A stretch of DNA of 64,000 nucleotides from Minisyncoccota bacterium (GCA_040879435.1 JBBDKG010000017.1:2060-66059); one strand, 5' to 3'; counted from the first letter of the stretch, positions 16,801 to 25,763 are shown. Numbers and translations: made by a program. The notes: generated by a model from the sequence alone, not told the origin.

Positions 16801-18168
16801 CTATTCATTTGGAATACCAGTCGGGAGATTAGGCGGTGCCTCACTTCGCGTTGACGGAATGCGTCCAAGTCCCGGCGTGATCGCTACCGTTCCTGGAAGA
16901 TGGAACATAGTGGCGAGCTCTTCTGAGCTGAACATCTTGTATCCGTCCCCACTTCCCTTTGGAATATATTTTCGAAGTTTGTATTCCTTGAACTCCTGTC
17001 GCTTGAGTGCAGCAAGTTCTTTCTGCTTCCCTCCCGGGAAAAGGTCCTTGTAGTTAAAGTCGGTCCGCCATTTTGCTCCGATCTGGTTCGCCCCGTCATA
17101 CTGGCTGAACACGCGAATGACCGGATTGATAACGTCGCCGCTAAAATGCCCCTTCTTCGTGATATACATCCACCGAATAGCGGTCTCATAGAGATACTTA
17201 CTCGAGTGCCGCTCAATGAGTTCAATCACGCTACGCTCTCCTGGTGTGATACGCGGCATACCTTCGAAATCACTCTGGTCCTCTTTCATGATCGGTCCTT
17301 TTGTCTCCGGGTCACGCTTCATGATGTCATTGATGAACTCAGCTATTTTTTCTTTGTGTGTCTGCTTTGCTGGAAAGATCTGTCCATGCTTAAACGACTC
17401 CTTTCGGTGTGCGACGCAGATCATCTGAATATACACTCGCTCGTATGGCTTGATGTTCGCAAGCACTTCAAGTGTTGGCGTGATCGGGTCTACCTTTTCC
17501 TCCTCTTTCGGCATTCGATCGAGTCCGTAGTCGATATATGATTTGATCGGCAGTACATCGTTTTCCTTCTTGTTCATGTGGAAGGACATCATCTCGTGCT
17601 CCTTTGTGTCGAGCGGAATCTCAGCAGCGTAATCAATAGGCTCCTCGACGACCTCGATGTTCGGGTACTGTGCGTAGATGTTTGCTTCGAATGCATCGCG
17701 CGATTGCTTACGTTTAAGATTTACATAAAATCGTATTTCACCGCCAATTGATACAATTTCAAATGAAATAGGAAGCGGCCGTTTCCCCTTGAGGTAGGTC
17801 TGCATGAGATTGTCAGGGCTCGCAGTGTTATGGATTTGTGCGATGACAAACTCCATCGCTTCGGGCGATTTCAGGATCTCCTGCGGGATCTTGATGCGGA
17901 GTGTACAGCGCCCCTCTCCCAGATAGAATTTCACACCGACCATGTCCATCCAGAGCCAGTAGAAGGTGTAGAAAAGGAGAGCGGGCAGCCAGATCGGAGC
18001 GAGTGCGATCGTGAGCGCCATGATCTGACCGAATGACACACCGATCAGAAAAAGGCCGATCAAAAGAAGCATGGCGGCGAGTGCCGTGAGGAACGGCCCG
18101 GCATCCATGTCATTATCCTCCATCCAGGTAACGATGGAGCCGATAAGCGGGATCTTCGTGATGTCCAT
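16801..18168 (-). CDS. hypothetical membrane protein (2 N-terminal TM helices + ~350-aa cytoplasmic domain)
   Basis: 455 aa with no Walker or other catalytic motif recognised. Co-directional with the sigma-region-4/HARE-HTH gene upstream. Confidence 0.45.
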   Translation of the reverse strand: MDITKIPLIGSIVTWMEDNDMDAGPFLTALAAMLLLIGLFLIGVSFGQIMALTIALAPIWLPALLFYTFYWLWMDMVGVKFYLGEGRCTLRIKIPQEILKSPEAMEFVIAQIHNTASPDNLMQTYLKGKRPLPISFEIVSIGGEIRFYVNLKRKQSRDAFEANIYAQYPNIEVVEEPIDYAAEIPLDTKEHEMMSFHMNKKENDVLPIKSYIDYGLDRMPKEEEKVDPITPTLEVLANIKPYERVYIQMICVAHRKESFKHGQIFPAKQTHKEKIAEFINDIMKRDPETKGPIMKEDQSDFEGMPRITPGERSVIELIERHSSKYLYETAIRWMYITKKGHFSGDVINPVIRVFSQYDGANQIGAKWRTDFNYKDLFPGGKQKELAALKRQEFKEYKLRKYIPKGSGDGYKMFSSEELATMFHLPGTVAITPGLGRIPSTRSEAPPNLPTGIPNE

Positions 18169-18241
18169 GTGACTCTATTGTACAACAGAAATAGCCGGAT
18201 GGACTGTGTCCATCCGGCTATTTCGTGGATTCTGAGTTTCG

Positions 18242-19267
18242 TTACTCCGAGAGCATGTAGGTGCCGTTCGTGAGTCGTTTGAAAAGATTGGCATCCTGCA
18301 GGTTCACAAGAATGGTATTGTCCTTCACGTAGCGCTCCTTGCGAACGCGCTCAATCAGCTCCTCACGTGAGAGCGGTCCGTGCTTCTCGAGGATCTCGCG
18401 AAGAACGTCCTTCACCACACCAGCTGTGTATCCCCACTCAGTGAGTGCGTAGAGACCGCGACCAACGAGAACAAAGCGGTCGTCCTTGATGAGCTCATTG
18501 TGTGTTGTGGCAGTGTGCGCCTTCCGGTTGAAAAGTTCTTCGATAGCGCGTGCAACCTCACGGAAGTGCATCGGTGAACCGTGTCGCTTTACCACGAGGT
18601 ACGCATAGTCGCGAATACCCTTCACGCGAACGTTCGGACTTGCGGCATGACCCCACTCGCCGAGCGGGTTCGCTGCGATCTGCTTTGAGATCATGAGCCA
18701 GCGCTTGAGGATCACATCATCGTACTGGTCAGCGATCTCAATAAGTTCATTGCGGAATCGGTTGAGCATCTCCTCTTCAGGGATCAGCTCGTCACGATTG
18801 AGTGACTGATACACATTTTTGAGCGCACGCTCAACATTGTCTGCGATCTTCTTCTCTGTGAACCACCGGTGACCATAGTGGGCATTCTCCTTGTTCCGGT
18901 TGAACGGGCTGCCGATCACCAGGAGGAAGTAGATGTGGTTGCGCATTGACGGGTCCGTTGTGATCTCCTCAAGAAGCACTTCTTCGCCAACAAGACCACC
19001 ACCAAGACTGGCGATGATCTGCTGCAGTTCCTCGAATACGGGCTCATACTCTTTGTATGTGTCCGACTTCTGAATGGACTGGATGCCGTAGTTCTCGATC
19101 TGACGAACGCGCTCACGTGTGATGCCATAGGTCTGGCCGATCGCCTCAAGCGTGAAGACGTCAAGATCCTTGCCGAGTCCGTAGCGCTTTTCGAGCACGT
19201 CACGAGCTCGCGGAGGGAGTGCCGCAAGTAGTTGCTTTGTTATCTGCTTTGGTTTGAATGTGATCAT
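18242..19267 (-). CDS. sigma-70 region 4 HTH + HARE-HTH domain DNA-binding protein
   Basis: N-terminal TLEAIGQTYGITRERVRQIE is a region-4-like HTH. C-terminal MHFREVARAIEELF...DDRFVLVGRGLYALTEWG is a HARE-HTH (RpoE-delta N-domain-like). Confidence 0.6.
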   Translation of the reverse strand: MITFKPKQITKQLLAALPPRARDVLEKRYGLGKDLDVFTLEAIGQTYGITRERVRQIENYGIQSIQKSDTYKEYEPVFEELQQIIASLGGGLVGEEVLLEEITTDPSMRNHIYFLLVIGSPFNRNKENAHYGHRWFTEKKIADNVERALKNVYQSLNRDELIPEEEMLNRFRNELIEIADQYDDVILKRWLMISKQIAANPLGEWGHAASPNVRVKGIRDYAYLVVKRHGSPMHFREVARAIEELFNRKAHTATTHNELIKDDRFVLVGRGLYALTEWGYTAGVVKDVLREILEKHGPLSREELIERVRKERYVKDNTILVNLQDANLFKRLTNGTYMLSE

Positions 19268-19330
19268 AATAGATGTGTATTAATTGACCGTAGTGAACCC
19301 GTTAAATACCACCACATGTGTCATATCCTT

Positions 19331-19360
19331 ATTTTTATCATGCTATTTGACATACGTCAA
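19331..19360 (-). promoter_or_regulatory. candidate sigma70-type promoter with palindromic -35 (TTGACGTATGTCAA) and -10 TAAAAAT
   Basis: The minus strand reads ctaTTGACGtatgtcaaatagcatgaTAAAAATaagg, about 65 nt upstream of the 18242..19267 start. The -35 is embedded in a 5-bp inverted repeat. Confidence 0.3.
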
Positions 19361-19374
19361 TAGTGACTGCATAA

Positions 19375-21816
19375 CTAACCTCCGGTGACCAGATTGAGGA
19401 TTCGGTTCGGCACGTAGATCACCTTCATGATCTCCTTCCCTTCAAGATGCCGCAGTACGTCCGGATCAGCCTGCGCAGCACTGACCACGTCCTTCTCAGC
19501 GGCATCACGGGAGATGGTAACAGAGCCGCGGTGCCTGCCGTTGACCTGCACGCCGATGGTGACGGTGGATTCGGTCAGTTTGCTTTCGTCTACCTCCGGG
19601 AATGGCTGTTCATGGATCGAATAGTCATTTCCAAGCCGTTCCCAGAGCTCCTCGGTTATGTGCGGAGCGAACGCGGCAAGTAGCTTGAGAAATGTTCCAT
19701 AGCTGGCTTTTGTGACCCCTTGCTCTTCTGCAGCATTCAAGAAGATCATCATGGCACTCACTGCCGTATTGAACTTGAACGATTCGATGTCGTCCGCGAC
19801 CTTCTTGATGGTCTTATGGAGCAACACAGTGACGGCTTCCGGTTCAGTGTCACTGAGATGATCCGAAAGACCATACACACGTTCAAGGAACCGCTGTGCA
19901 CCGACGAGTCCGTTGGTACTCCATGCGGTAGTGTTCTCGAATGGTCCCATGAACATTTCGTATACCCGGATCGTGTCCGCGCCGTGTTGTGCGACGATAT
20001 CATCAGGATTAATGACATTCCCCCACCGCTTGGACATCTTCCGTCCGTCTTCTGCAAGAATGAACCCCAGAAATTCCAATCGCTCGAACGGTTCTATGGT
20101 ATGAACTACACCTATATCGTAGAGGAACTTATGCCAGAAGCGTGCGTAGATAAGGTGCCGTACAGCATGATCCCCACCTACATACACATCAACCGGCGCC
20201 CACTTCTTCTCCTTCTTTGGGTCGATGAGAGCCGTTTCATTCTTGGGATCGATGAAGCGGAGGTAGTACCACGAAGAACCTGCCCACTGGGGCATGGTGT
20301 TGGTCTCCCGCTTTGCCGGTCCGTCGCAGGTTGGGCACGACACATTCACCCACTCATCGATAGCGGCAAGTGGTGATTCGCCTGTTCCGGTCGGTTCGTA
20401 GTGTTCAACTTCAGGGAGTGTGACCGGAAGCTGGTCCTCAGGCACCGGCACCACACCGCATTTCTCGCAATGAATAACCGGGATCGGCTCACCCCAGTAT
20501 CGCTGGCGTGAGAACACCCAGTCGTTCAAACGATATGTTGAGGTGAGTTTCCCGCCAACCTTTTTAGTGATGGCTGCCTTTGCTTCTTCTGAGTTCATGC
20601 CGTCGAATTCGCCGGAGTTAATCAGCGGACCTGCTCCATCGAATGGCAAAGAGTGAGGCGTGTCTACTACCTGAACTATTGGTATCAAGAATTTTCGTGC
20701 AAACGCAAAATCACGTTCATCATGCGCCGGCACAGCCATGATGGCGCCAGTGCCGTAGCCTGCAAGTACATAGTCCGCAACAAAAACAGGAATCTTTTCA
20801 CCGTTTGCCGGATTGATCGCCACAACTCCCTTCACTTCCACACCCGTCTTCTCTTTCTCAGCATTCGTGCGCTCGATCTCCGTCTTCTGCTGAGCGGCAG
20901 CGACGTACGCTTTCACTTCTTTCTTGTTCTTTAGAACGTCATGCGAATCGTCAATGGCCAACGTCACCCAAGGATGCTCAGGGGCAAGGACCATGTATGT
21001 TGCTCCATACAGCGTATCGGGGCGAGTGGTGAACACTGGAAGAGCAGCTTTCTCTCCATTCGGGCCTCGGTTGCTATTTGCTTCCGGCTTGTGAGTGAAC
21101 TGCAATTCAAAATCGATCGTTGCCCCTTCACTCTTCCCGATCCAGTTGCGTTGCGCCTCCTTGATGTGCTCCGGCCACTTTTTGAGCGTATCGAGATCTG
21201 CAAGCATACGATCCGCATAGTCGGTGATCTTCAGAACCCACTGCCGCATCGGCCGTTTCTCCACCTGACTACCACACCGTTCACATGTCCCGTCATTCTC
21301 GAGGTCCTCGTTCGCAAGCCCTGTCTGACACGACGGACACCAGTTGATCGGCTCGTATGATTGATACGCAAGTCCTTTCTCAAGAAGCTTCAGGAAGATC
21401 CACTGGGTCCATTTGTAGTATGAAGGGTCGATCGTGTTGATCTCATGCTCCCAATCATAGTTAAAGCCGAGATGATCGAGTTGAGCCTTGAAGTTCGCGA
21501 TGTTCTTCTCAACTGCCACACGTGGATGCACTTTGTTCTTGATGGCAAAGTTCTCAGCTGGTAACCCGAACGCATCCCACCCCATCGGGTGCAAGATCTC
21601 GTACCCACTCATCTTCTTGAACCGAGAGTATATGTCGGTTGCGATGTATCCTTTCGGATGACCCACATGCAATCCGTCTCCTGACGGATACGGGAACATA
21701 TCAAGCACGAACATCTTCTCCTTCGCCGAATCAATATCGGTCCGGTAGAGACCGGATTCCTTCCACTTCGCCTGCCACTTCTTCTCAATTTCCTTGTGGT
21801 CAAAGGTGGTGTGCAT
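19375..21816 (-). CDS. leuS: leucine--tRNA ligase
   Basis: Class I HIGH (PYPSGDGLHVGHP) and KMSKS-type (KMSKR) motifs plus the CP1 editing domain. About 813 aa from the internal Met; the ORF extends to 21846. Confidence 0.95.
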   Translation of the reverse strand: MHTTFDHKEIEKKWQAKWKESGLYRTDIDSAKEKMFVLDMFPYPSGDGLHVGHPKGYIATDIYSRFKKMSGYEILHPMGWDAFGLPAENFAIKNKVHPRVAVEKNIANFKAQLDHLGFNYDWEHEINTIDPSYYKWTQWIFLKLLEKGLAYQSYEPINWCPSCQTGLANEDLENDGTCERCGSQVEKRPMRQWVLKITDYADRMLADLDTLKKWPEHIKEAQRNWIGKSEGATIDFELQFTHKPEANSNRGPNGEKAALPVFTTRPDTLYGATYMVLAPEHPWVTLAIDDSHDVLKNKKEVKAYVAAAQQKTEIERTNAEKEKTGVEVKGVVAINPANGEKIPVFVADYVLAGYGTGAIMAVPAHDERDFAFARKFLIPIVQVVDTPHSLPFDGAGPLINSGEFDGMNSEEAKAAITKKVGGKLTSTYRLNDWVFSRQRYWGEPIPVIHCEKCGVVPVPEDQLPVTLPEVEHYEPTGTGESPLAAIDEWVNVSCPTCDGPAKRETNTMPQWAGSSWYYLRFIDPKNETALIDPKKEKKWAPVDVYVGGDHAVRHLIYARFWHKFLYDIGVVHTIEPFERLEFLGFILAEDGRKMSKRWGNVINPDDIVAQHGADTIRVYEMFMGPFENTTAWSTNGLVGAQRFLERVYGLSDHLSDTEPEAVTVLLHKTIKKVADDIESFKFNTAVSAMMIFLNAAEEQGVTKASYGTFLKLLAAFAPHITEELWERLGNDYSIHEQPFPEVDESKLTESTVTIGVQVNGRHRGSVTISRDAAEKDVVSAAQADPDVLRHLEGKEIMKVIYVPNRILNLVTGG

Positions 21817-21893
21817 AGTGTCCCTATTATGCATCGTTTTCATCATCCGTCAAAAACAAGAAGACGGTCCAATAGGACCGTCCTGACCACTCG

Positions 21894-22142
21894 CTACAGC
21901 GCAGCGCTGAGTTGCTCAACGAGCCACTCTTTGATCGCAGCAACTTGCTCCGGACTCAGTTCCTTGCGGTAGATAAACTGGATGTTTGCTCCGGTTACTT
22001 GAGCTTCCCCGCTTAAGCGTTCGTCGGCCTGGAACCAAGCTACAAAGTCCCCGGTTGGCAGGTAAACTTGAGTTCGCTGCGAGTTGGGTGGACTTGCGAC
22101 GCCTTCGCGTACTTCGAGTTCAAGTGCAACGAGTTTCTGCAT
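21894..22142 (-). CDS. hypothetical small protein
   Basis: 82-aa ORF with no family recognised. Divergent from the alpha-CTD-like gene. Confidence 0.35.
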   Translation of the reverse strand: MQKLVALELEVREGVASPPNSQRTQVYLPTGDFVAWFQADERLSGEAQVTGANIQFIYRKELSPEQVAAIKEWLVEQLSAAL

Positions 22143-22223
22143 CTGTTTCTCCTGTGTGCGTTCTAAAAATGTACTATAGCATTTTGCAAAGACTATGGGA
22201 CGAAGTAGGAAGCAATTTCGCCA

Positions 22224-22251
22224 TTGACAACTCGAATATCTGATGTATCTT
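22224..22251 (+). promoter_or_regulatory. candidate promoter TTGACAAC-N16-TATCTT with TGTATCT-N5-AGATACA inverted repeat over the -10
   Basis: TTGACA at 22224-22229 and TATCTT at 22246-22251. A perfect 7-bp inverted repeat lies at 22244-22262. A GAGGTG RBS sits 3-9 nt before the ATG at 22289. Confidence 0.35.
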
Positions 22252-22288
22252 GCTCAGATACAGTTCTCCAGAAATAAGTGAGGTGCAA

Positions 22289-22645
22289 ATGCCCACGATG
22301 CTCGTTGACCATATGGAGGGGTGTACCCCCTTCGCTCCGTGCGTTTCATGCAAAGCCGCGGCTTTCTTAAGGTCAAAACTTTCTGAATCTGATCTCCAGC
22401 AACTGGCGGATATCCTCTATAGTCAACGCTCGAAGTACGATCGACCGATCGATCAGCTAGACCTGAGTCCGCGTACAGTTCAAGGTCTCACCTACCAGAA
22501 TCTTCGGACCGTAGGTGATCTTTTGAAGAAGAGTGAGGCTGAGCTCCTTCGTACTCCAAACTTCGGCCGCAAATCCCTAAACGAAGTCAAGACTGTACTG
22601 GCTTCGGAAGGATTGGCCCTCGGTCAGCTTGCGAACGATTCCTGA
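22289..22645 (+). CDS. standalone RNA polymerase alpha-subunit C-terminal-domain-like (HhH) protein
   Basis: LDLSPRTVQGLTYQNLRTVGDLLKKSEAELLRTPNFGRKSLNEVKTVLASEGLALG aligns to the rpoA alpha-CTD (LDLSVRS.NCL......IGDL....E.ELL...N.G.KSL.EIK..L...GL.LG). It is preceded by a Cys-containing segment CTPFAPCVSC. The ORF track starts at 22250; an RBS favours 22289. Confidence 0.6.
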   Translation: MPTMLVDHMEGCTPFAPCVSCKAAAFLRSKLSESDLQQLADILYSQRSKYDRPIDQLDLSPRTVQGLTYQNLRTVGDLLKKSEAELLRTPNFGRKSLNEVKTVLASEGLALGQLANDS

Positions 22646-22675
22646 CCCTGAATCGCATGACACAAGAATTGAACA

Positions 22676-22706
22676 AGCCGCTCATCATTGATGGGCGGCT
22701 TTTGCT
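22676..22706 (+). terminator. intrinsic terminator after alpha-CTD-like gene
   Basis: AGCCGCTCAT-cattg-ATGGGCGGCT stem (one mismatch) followed by TTTTGCT. Confidence 0.5.
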
Positions 22707-22753
22707 AAGCCGCCTGAAACAAGATGCTCAAGCTGTCACCTTAGAGCAGGGTA

Positions 22754-23122
22754 TCAAGCTTCTCCGTGGTATACAGCTTCTATGTTGTTGCCGTCGGGAT
22801 CACGTACGAACGCAGCGTAGTATGTGGGGCTGTAGTCTTCTCGAATACCTGGTACACCATTGTCTGTCCCTCCAGCCGCAAGTCCTTCTCTATGAAATGT
22901 ATCGACAGCTTCTTTAGAGTTCACTTCAAAGCAAATATGCAATCCTGTGATTCCAGCTTTTCCAGTGTGTAAGTAGAATTCATAGGAATCATCAGCACCA
23001 TACCCAACAAATTCGTCGCTAGCATCAATCAACTCTAAACCAATCACAGGAGCAACTGCATCGTAAAAAGATTTTGCCTTTCCAATATCCTTCACCGGTA
23101 GCCCGATATGACCTAGTTTCAT
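22754..23122 (-). CDS. VOC/glyoxalase-bleomycin resistance family protein
   Basis: 122 aa starting MKLGHIGLPVKDIGKAKSFY with a typical glyoxalase-fold beta-alpha-beta-beta-beta module. Local GC is visibly lower. Confidence 0.7.
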   Translation of the reverse strand: MKLGHIGLPVKDIGKAKSFYDAVAPVIGLELIDASDEFVGYGADDSYEFYLHTGKAGITGLHICFEVNSKEAVDTFHREGLAAGGTDNGVPGIREDYSPTYYAAFVRDPDGNNIEAVYHGEA

Positions 23123-23252
23123 ATTTAGAGATTATATCAAAACCATGTTGTGCGTAACCGGACAGGGATTAAATCCACTACGTTTACGTCCCTTTGATTA
23201 AGTGGTATGGTTTCTTCGGTTCAGTTATCCAACAACATGGGGAGATACACTA

Positions 23253-24017
23253 ATGAAAGGCATAGTGGCCAAGACCTTTGTATACCCTATGAAGGGGTTG
23301 CATGGGATTGAAACTCCTTCTCGGGGCCTTGAAGCCCATACCCGCCTCGGTGTAGTGGGCGATCGAAACTTCGCTGTATTCCGCAAACAGCAGGATGCTC
23401 CAACGGCATGGAGGCCGAAAGGACAATTTCACGTTTGCGTGAATACCGAAGGAATGGCTCCGCCTCACGCTCTCACCGAGTCCGACCTTGATGGTCAGTT
23501 TCGTCCGGGATTGGAAAGAGTCCGGGAACTGTATAGCGAGCGTGGCGTACTCAACGAGACCACCATACTCGTGGACACAGAAGGGAAATGGCATTTATCC
23601 GATACCCCCAAGCCCTGCGTCTCCTTTCTGAATTTGGCCTCGGTAGCGGCGCTTGAAGAATTCATGGGTGCTGAAATCGATCCACACCGCTTTCGAATGA
23701 ACGTCTGGGTCGAAGGACTCGAACCTTTCGCTGAGTTGGAATACATCAAAGGCTTCGAGAACGGCAGTCTCTATCCTGCGCAAGTCCATGGCGTCCGCTT
23801 TGGCATCGACGACGTGTGTGAACGTTGCCGGGCAATAGAACAAAGTCCGGAATCGGGAACGTGGAATACGGAATTCCAGGCCTCGATCACTGCCTTGCTG
23901 AAGGAACGAGGATACGCCGGTTCCCCACATCGGGGCACGCTCGCTGTTATGGGATGGCTTGCCATTCCCGAGAACAACGACCTCATTCGGCAAGGTCATC
24001 AGGTCACGTTCGGCTGA
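23253..24017 (+). CDS. MOSC domain-containing protein (YcbX-like, MOSC_N beta-barrel + MOSC)
   Basis: N-terminal VYPMKGLHGIE resembles the MOSC_N start. The C-terminal region has a conserved Cys (CERCRAIE). The ORF opens at 23202; Met at 23253 is the likely start. Confidence 0.65.
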   Translation: MKGIVAKTFVYPMKGLHGIETPSRGLEAHTRLGVVGDRNFAVFRKQQDAPTAWRPKGQFHVCVNTEGMAPPHALTESDLDGQFRPGLERVRELYSERGVLNETTILVDTEGKWHLSDTPKPCVSFLNLASVAALEEFMGAEIDPHRFRMNVWVEGLEPFAELEYIKGFENGSLYPAQVHGVRFGIDDVCERCRAIEQSPESGTWNTEFQASITALLKERGYAGSPHRGTLAVMGWLAIPENNDLIRQGHQVTFG

Positions 24018-24046
24018 TTTGTAGCCGACCACCTGATCAACTATAT

Positions 24047-24076
24047 AGACCGCTCCTCGTGAGCGGTCTTTCTTTG
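24047..24076 (+). terminator. intrinsic terminator after MOSC gene
   Basis: AGACCGCTC-ctcgt-GAGCGGTCT 9-bp stem followed by TTTCTTT. Confidence 0.6.
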
Positions 24077-24099
24077 GTCATCTGGTATAAAGTTGCAAC

Positions 24100-24423
24100 T
24101 TATTTTATGTGCTTAGGTCTAAGCTCTTGAATATCGTGAGCATCAAGTGCTTCATCTTCCATGTTTCTCTTTCGAGGTTCATGATGGTCAAGTTGTCCAG
24201 ATTTCTTTGCGATCTCCCACGCTTCATCTCGCTCTACATATCTTCCGGTGCTGGTAACAAACCCATCTTCAACTGAATCGTTAGAGTCATGCCAGTCGGG
24301 GTTGTTCTCCTCCATTTCTATAATGGCGTCCATGTGTGTTTTGCCAGTATATACCTCATCACGAAAGCGAACTGCTGAGGCTGCAATCTTCTCTCTGGTG
24401 AATTCTGGGCTCTCTAAACTCAT
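24100..24423 (-). CDS. hypothetical protein (acidic, AT-rich gene)
   Basis: 107-aa ORF. GC content clearly below its surroundings. No family recognised. Confidence 0.35.
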   Translation of the reverse strand: MSLESPEFTREKIAASAVRFRDEVYTGKTHMDAIIEMEENNPDWHDSNDSVEDGFVTSTGRYVERDEAWEIAKKSGQLDHHEPRKRNMEDEALDAHDIQELRPKHIK

Positions 24424-24450
24424 ATGAAAATTATATCAGACCTCAAACTT

Positions 24451-24491
24451 CCAAACCAAACACCCGCCGGTCATATTATGACCGGCGGGTG
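24451..24491 (-). terminator. intrinsic terminator (14-bp perfect stem CACCCGCCGGTCAT...ATGACCGGCGGGTG, U-run on minus strand)
   Basis: Directly downstream of the 24504..25415 gene. Followed on the minus strand by TTTGGTTTGG. Confidence 0.6.
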
Positions 24492-24503
24492 GTTAAACGC
24501 TCT

Positions 24504-25415
24504 TTAGTTCCCTGCTTCAACTTCCGGCGCAACTCGCTCAAAGCAAGTATGTCCGACCCCATGCTCCCAGTTGTAGTTCATCGGGTGGTATTTCGTGTCA
24601 TACATTGGCCGAGCAACAGAGGCATACTCATCGCGCATAGATTGACGCGCGAACGTTGCACACAGTTCATATGATTGCTCTCCAAGGACGGTGTACTCAT
24701 AGGTGCTACGGCCTTCAGGCGCCTTCGGTGCTGGGACTGATGTATAAAGTTCAGCGACCGAGTCCGGAAGAACTGCATTGGTGCGATAATGCTCTTCAAT
24801 ACGCCACTGCATATCCTGTAGGTCAGAGATCTGCTGCTGGTCAATACGCTGCTCGCGCACTTCAGCAGGACTATCGATGCTTGTGAAGCCAACCACAACT
24901 GCAGTCAGGACAAGTATGGTCGCTGCACCTGCATACATGAGTGCCTGTCGTTCGTGCGTTGTCCAGTACCCACGGGTATCAAGAATGTAATACTTGAGTG
25001 CCGCACTCACGATCACCAGAAGCGCACCTGCCTTCAAAAGGAAACGCATAGTGACCTCACCATTGAGGAATGCCCAGAGAACTGCAACAAGGTCACTAAG
25101 CAGGATCGCACTTCCCACGAACAATGAGAGGTAGATAAGCCATCGTGTGAGTGTGAGATACACACCGTGTTCCTTTCGCCGAATCTGGTTCACCATCCGT
25201 GTCAGAACGACGTATACAGGGAAGAACACAATGAGAGTTGCGAGACCAAAGCGAATACCACTCTGTGCGCTCTCGTACGCCCAGTATCCTGCAGCTGCAT
25301 CCGGATACGCGATATTGATAATACCGAACACGACCGCCACAAGTGCTGAGAGTGACGCGTAGAGCGCCACGAGTGCACCGAGCTGCAGGACAAAGTTCTT
25401 TGAGGTGTTTTCCAT
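24504..25415 (-). CDS. polytopic membrane protein (4-5 TM) with C-terminal soluble domain
   Basis: 303 aa with several hydrophobic helices in the first 170 aa, then a Q/E-rich linker and a Cys/His-containing C-terminal domain. Confidence 0.45.
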   Translation of the reverse strand: MENTSKNFVLQLGALVALYASLSALVAVVFGIINIAYPDAAAGYWAYESAQSGIRFGLATLIVFFPVYVVLTRMVNQIRRKEHGVYLTLTRWLIYLSLFVGSAILLSDLVAVLWAFLNGEVTMRFLLKAGALLVIVSAALKYYILDTRGYWTTHERQALMYAGAATILVLTAVVVGFTSIDSPAEVREQRIDQQQISDLQDMQWRIEEHYRTNAVLPDSVAELYTSVPAPKAPEGRSTYEYTVLGEQSYELCATFARQSMRDEYASVARPMYDTKYHPMNYNWEHGVGHTCFERVAPEVEAGN

Positions 25416-25529
25416 AATGACCAGCTAGACCTAATAACTCATCTATTGTACTGCTTCATGAATCCTGCGCAAATAGAAAAGGCCGGCGATCTCTCACCGG
25501 CCCACCAGCATTTGTGCCGCAATATGGTG

Positions 25530-25667
25530 TCAGCCAAACAGCGCCAGGGTGAACGATTGATCACCCAAAATCACGAGATCCGCAATGAATATGAAAATCG
25601 CAAGCGCAATCGGCTTAGACCAGCTTATTCCCTGCCGCTTATACTCTTCTGTCCCCGTACCGCTCAT
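25530..25667 (-). CDS. candidate micro-ORF (45 aa, hydrophobic) with RBS and terminator
   Basis: Not in the ORF track. Minus strand reads AAAGGAGccataattaaATG..., encoding MSGTGTEEYKRQGISWSKPIALAIFIFIADLVILGDQSFTLALFG, then stop, then a GGCCGG-10nt-CCGGCC hairpin + TTTTCTATTTG about 30 nt downstream. It conflicts with the listed plus-strand ORF 25446..25706. Confidence 0.3.
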   Translation of the reverse strand: MSGTGTEEYKRQGISWSKPIALAIFIFIADLVILGDQSFTLALFG

Positions 25668-25763
25668 TTAATTATGGCTCCTTTGTTGTTTGAACCCCGT
25701 CCCTAACCGCAGGCTACACCTATACCGTACATCTGTAAATGGAAACGTTGCGTATGCGTCTGT

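Noticed and set aside
15798-16868. Long N-terminal extensions of MltG, MnmA, the FMN reductase, AtpH and AtpC ORFs
   Set aside because: Internal Met starts give canonical family lengths and remove gene overlaps. The extensions are open frames upstream of the true starts.
25446-25706. Plus-strand 86-aa ORF in the dsbB/membrane-protein spacer
   Set aside because: It begins at a TTG with no obvious RBS and runs through a terminator-like hairpin. The composition is not convincing. A minus-strand micro-ORF with an RBS and terminator fits better, but neither is proven.
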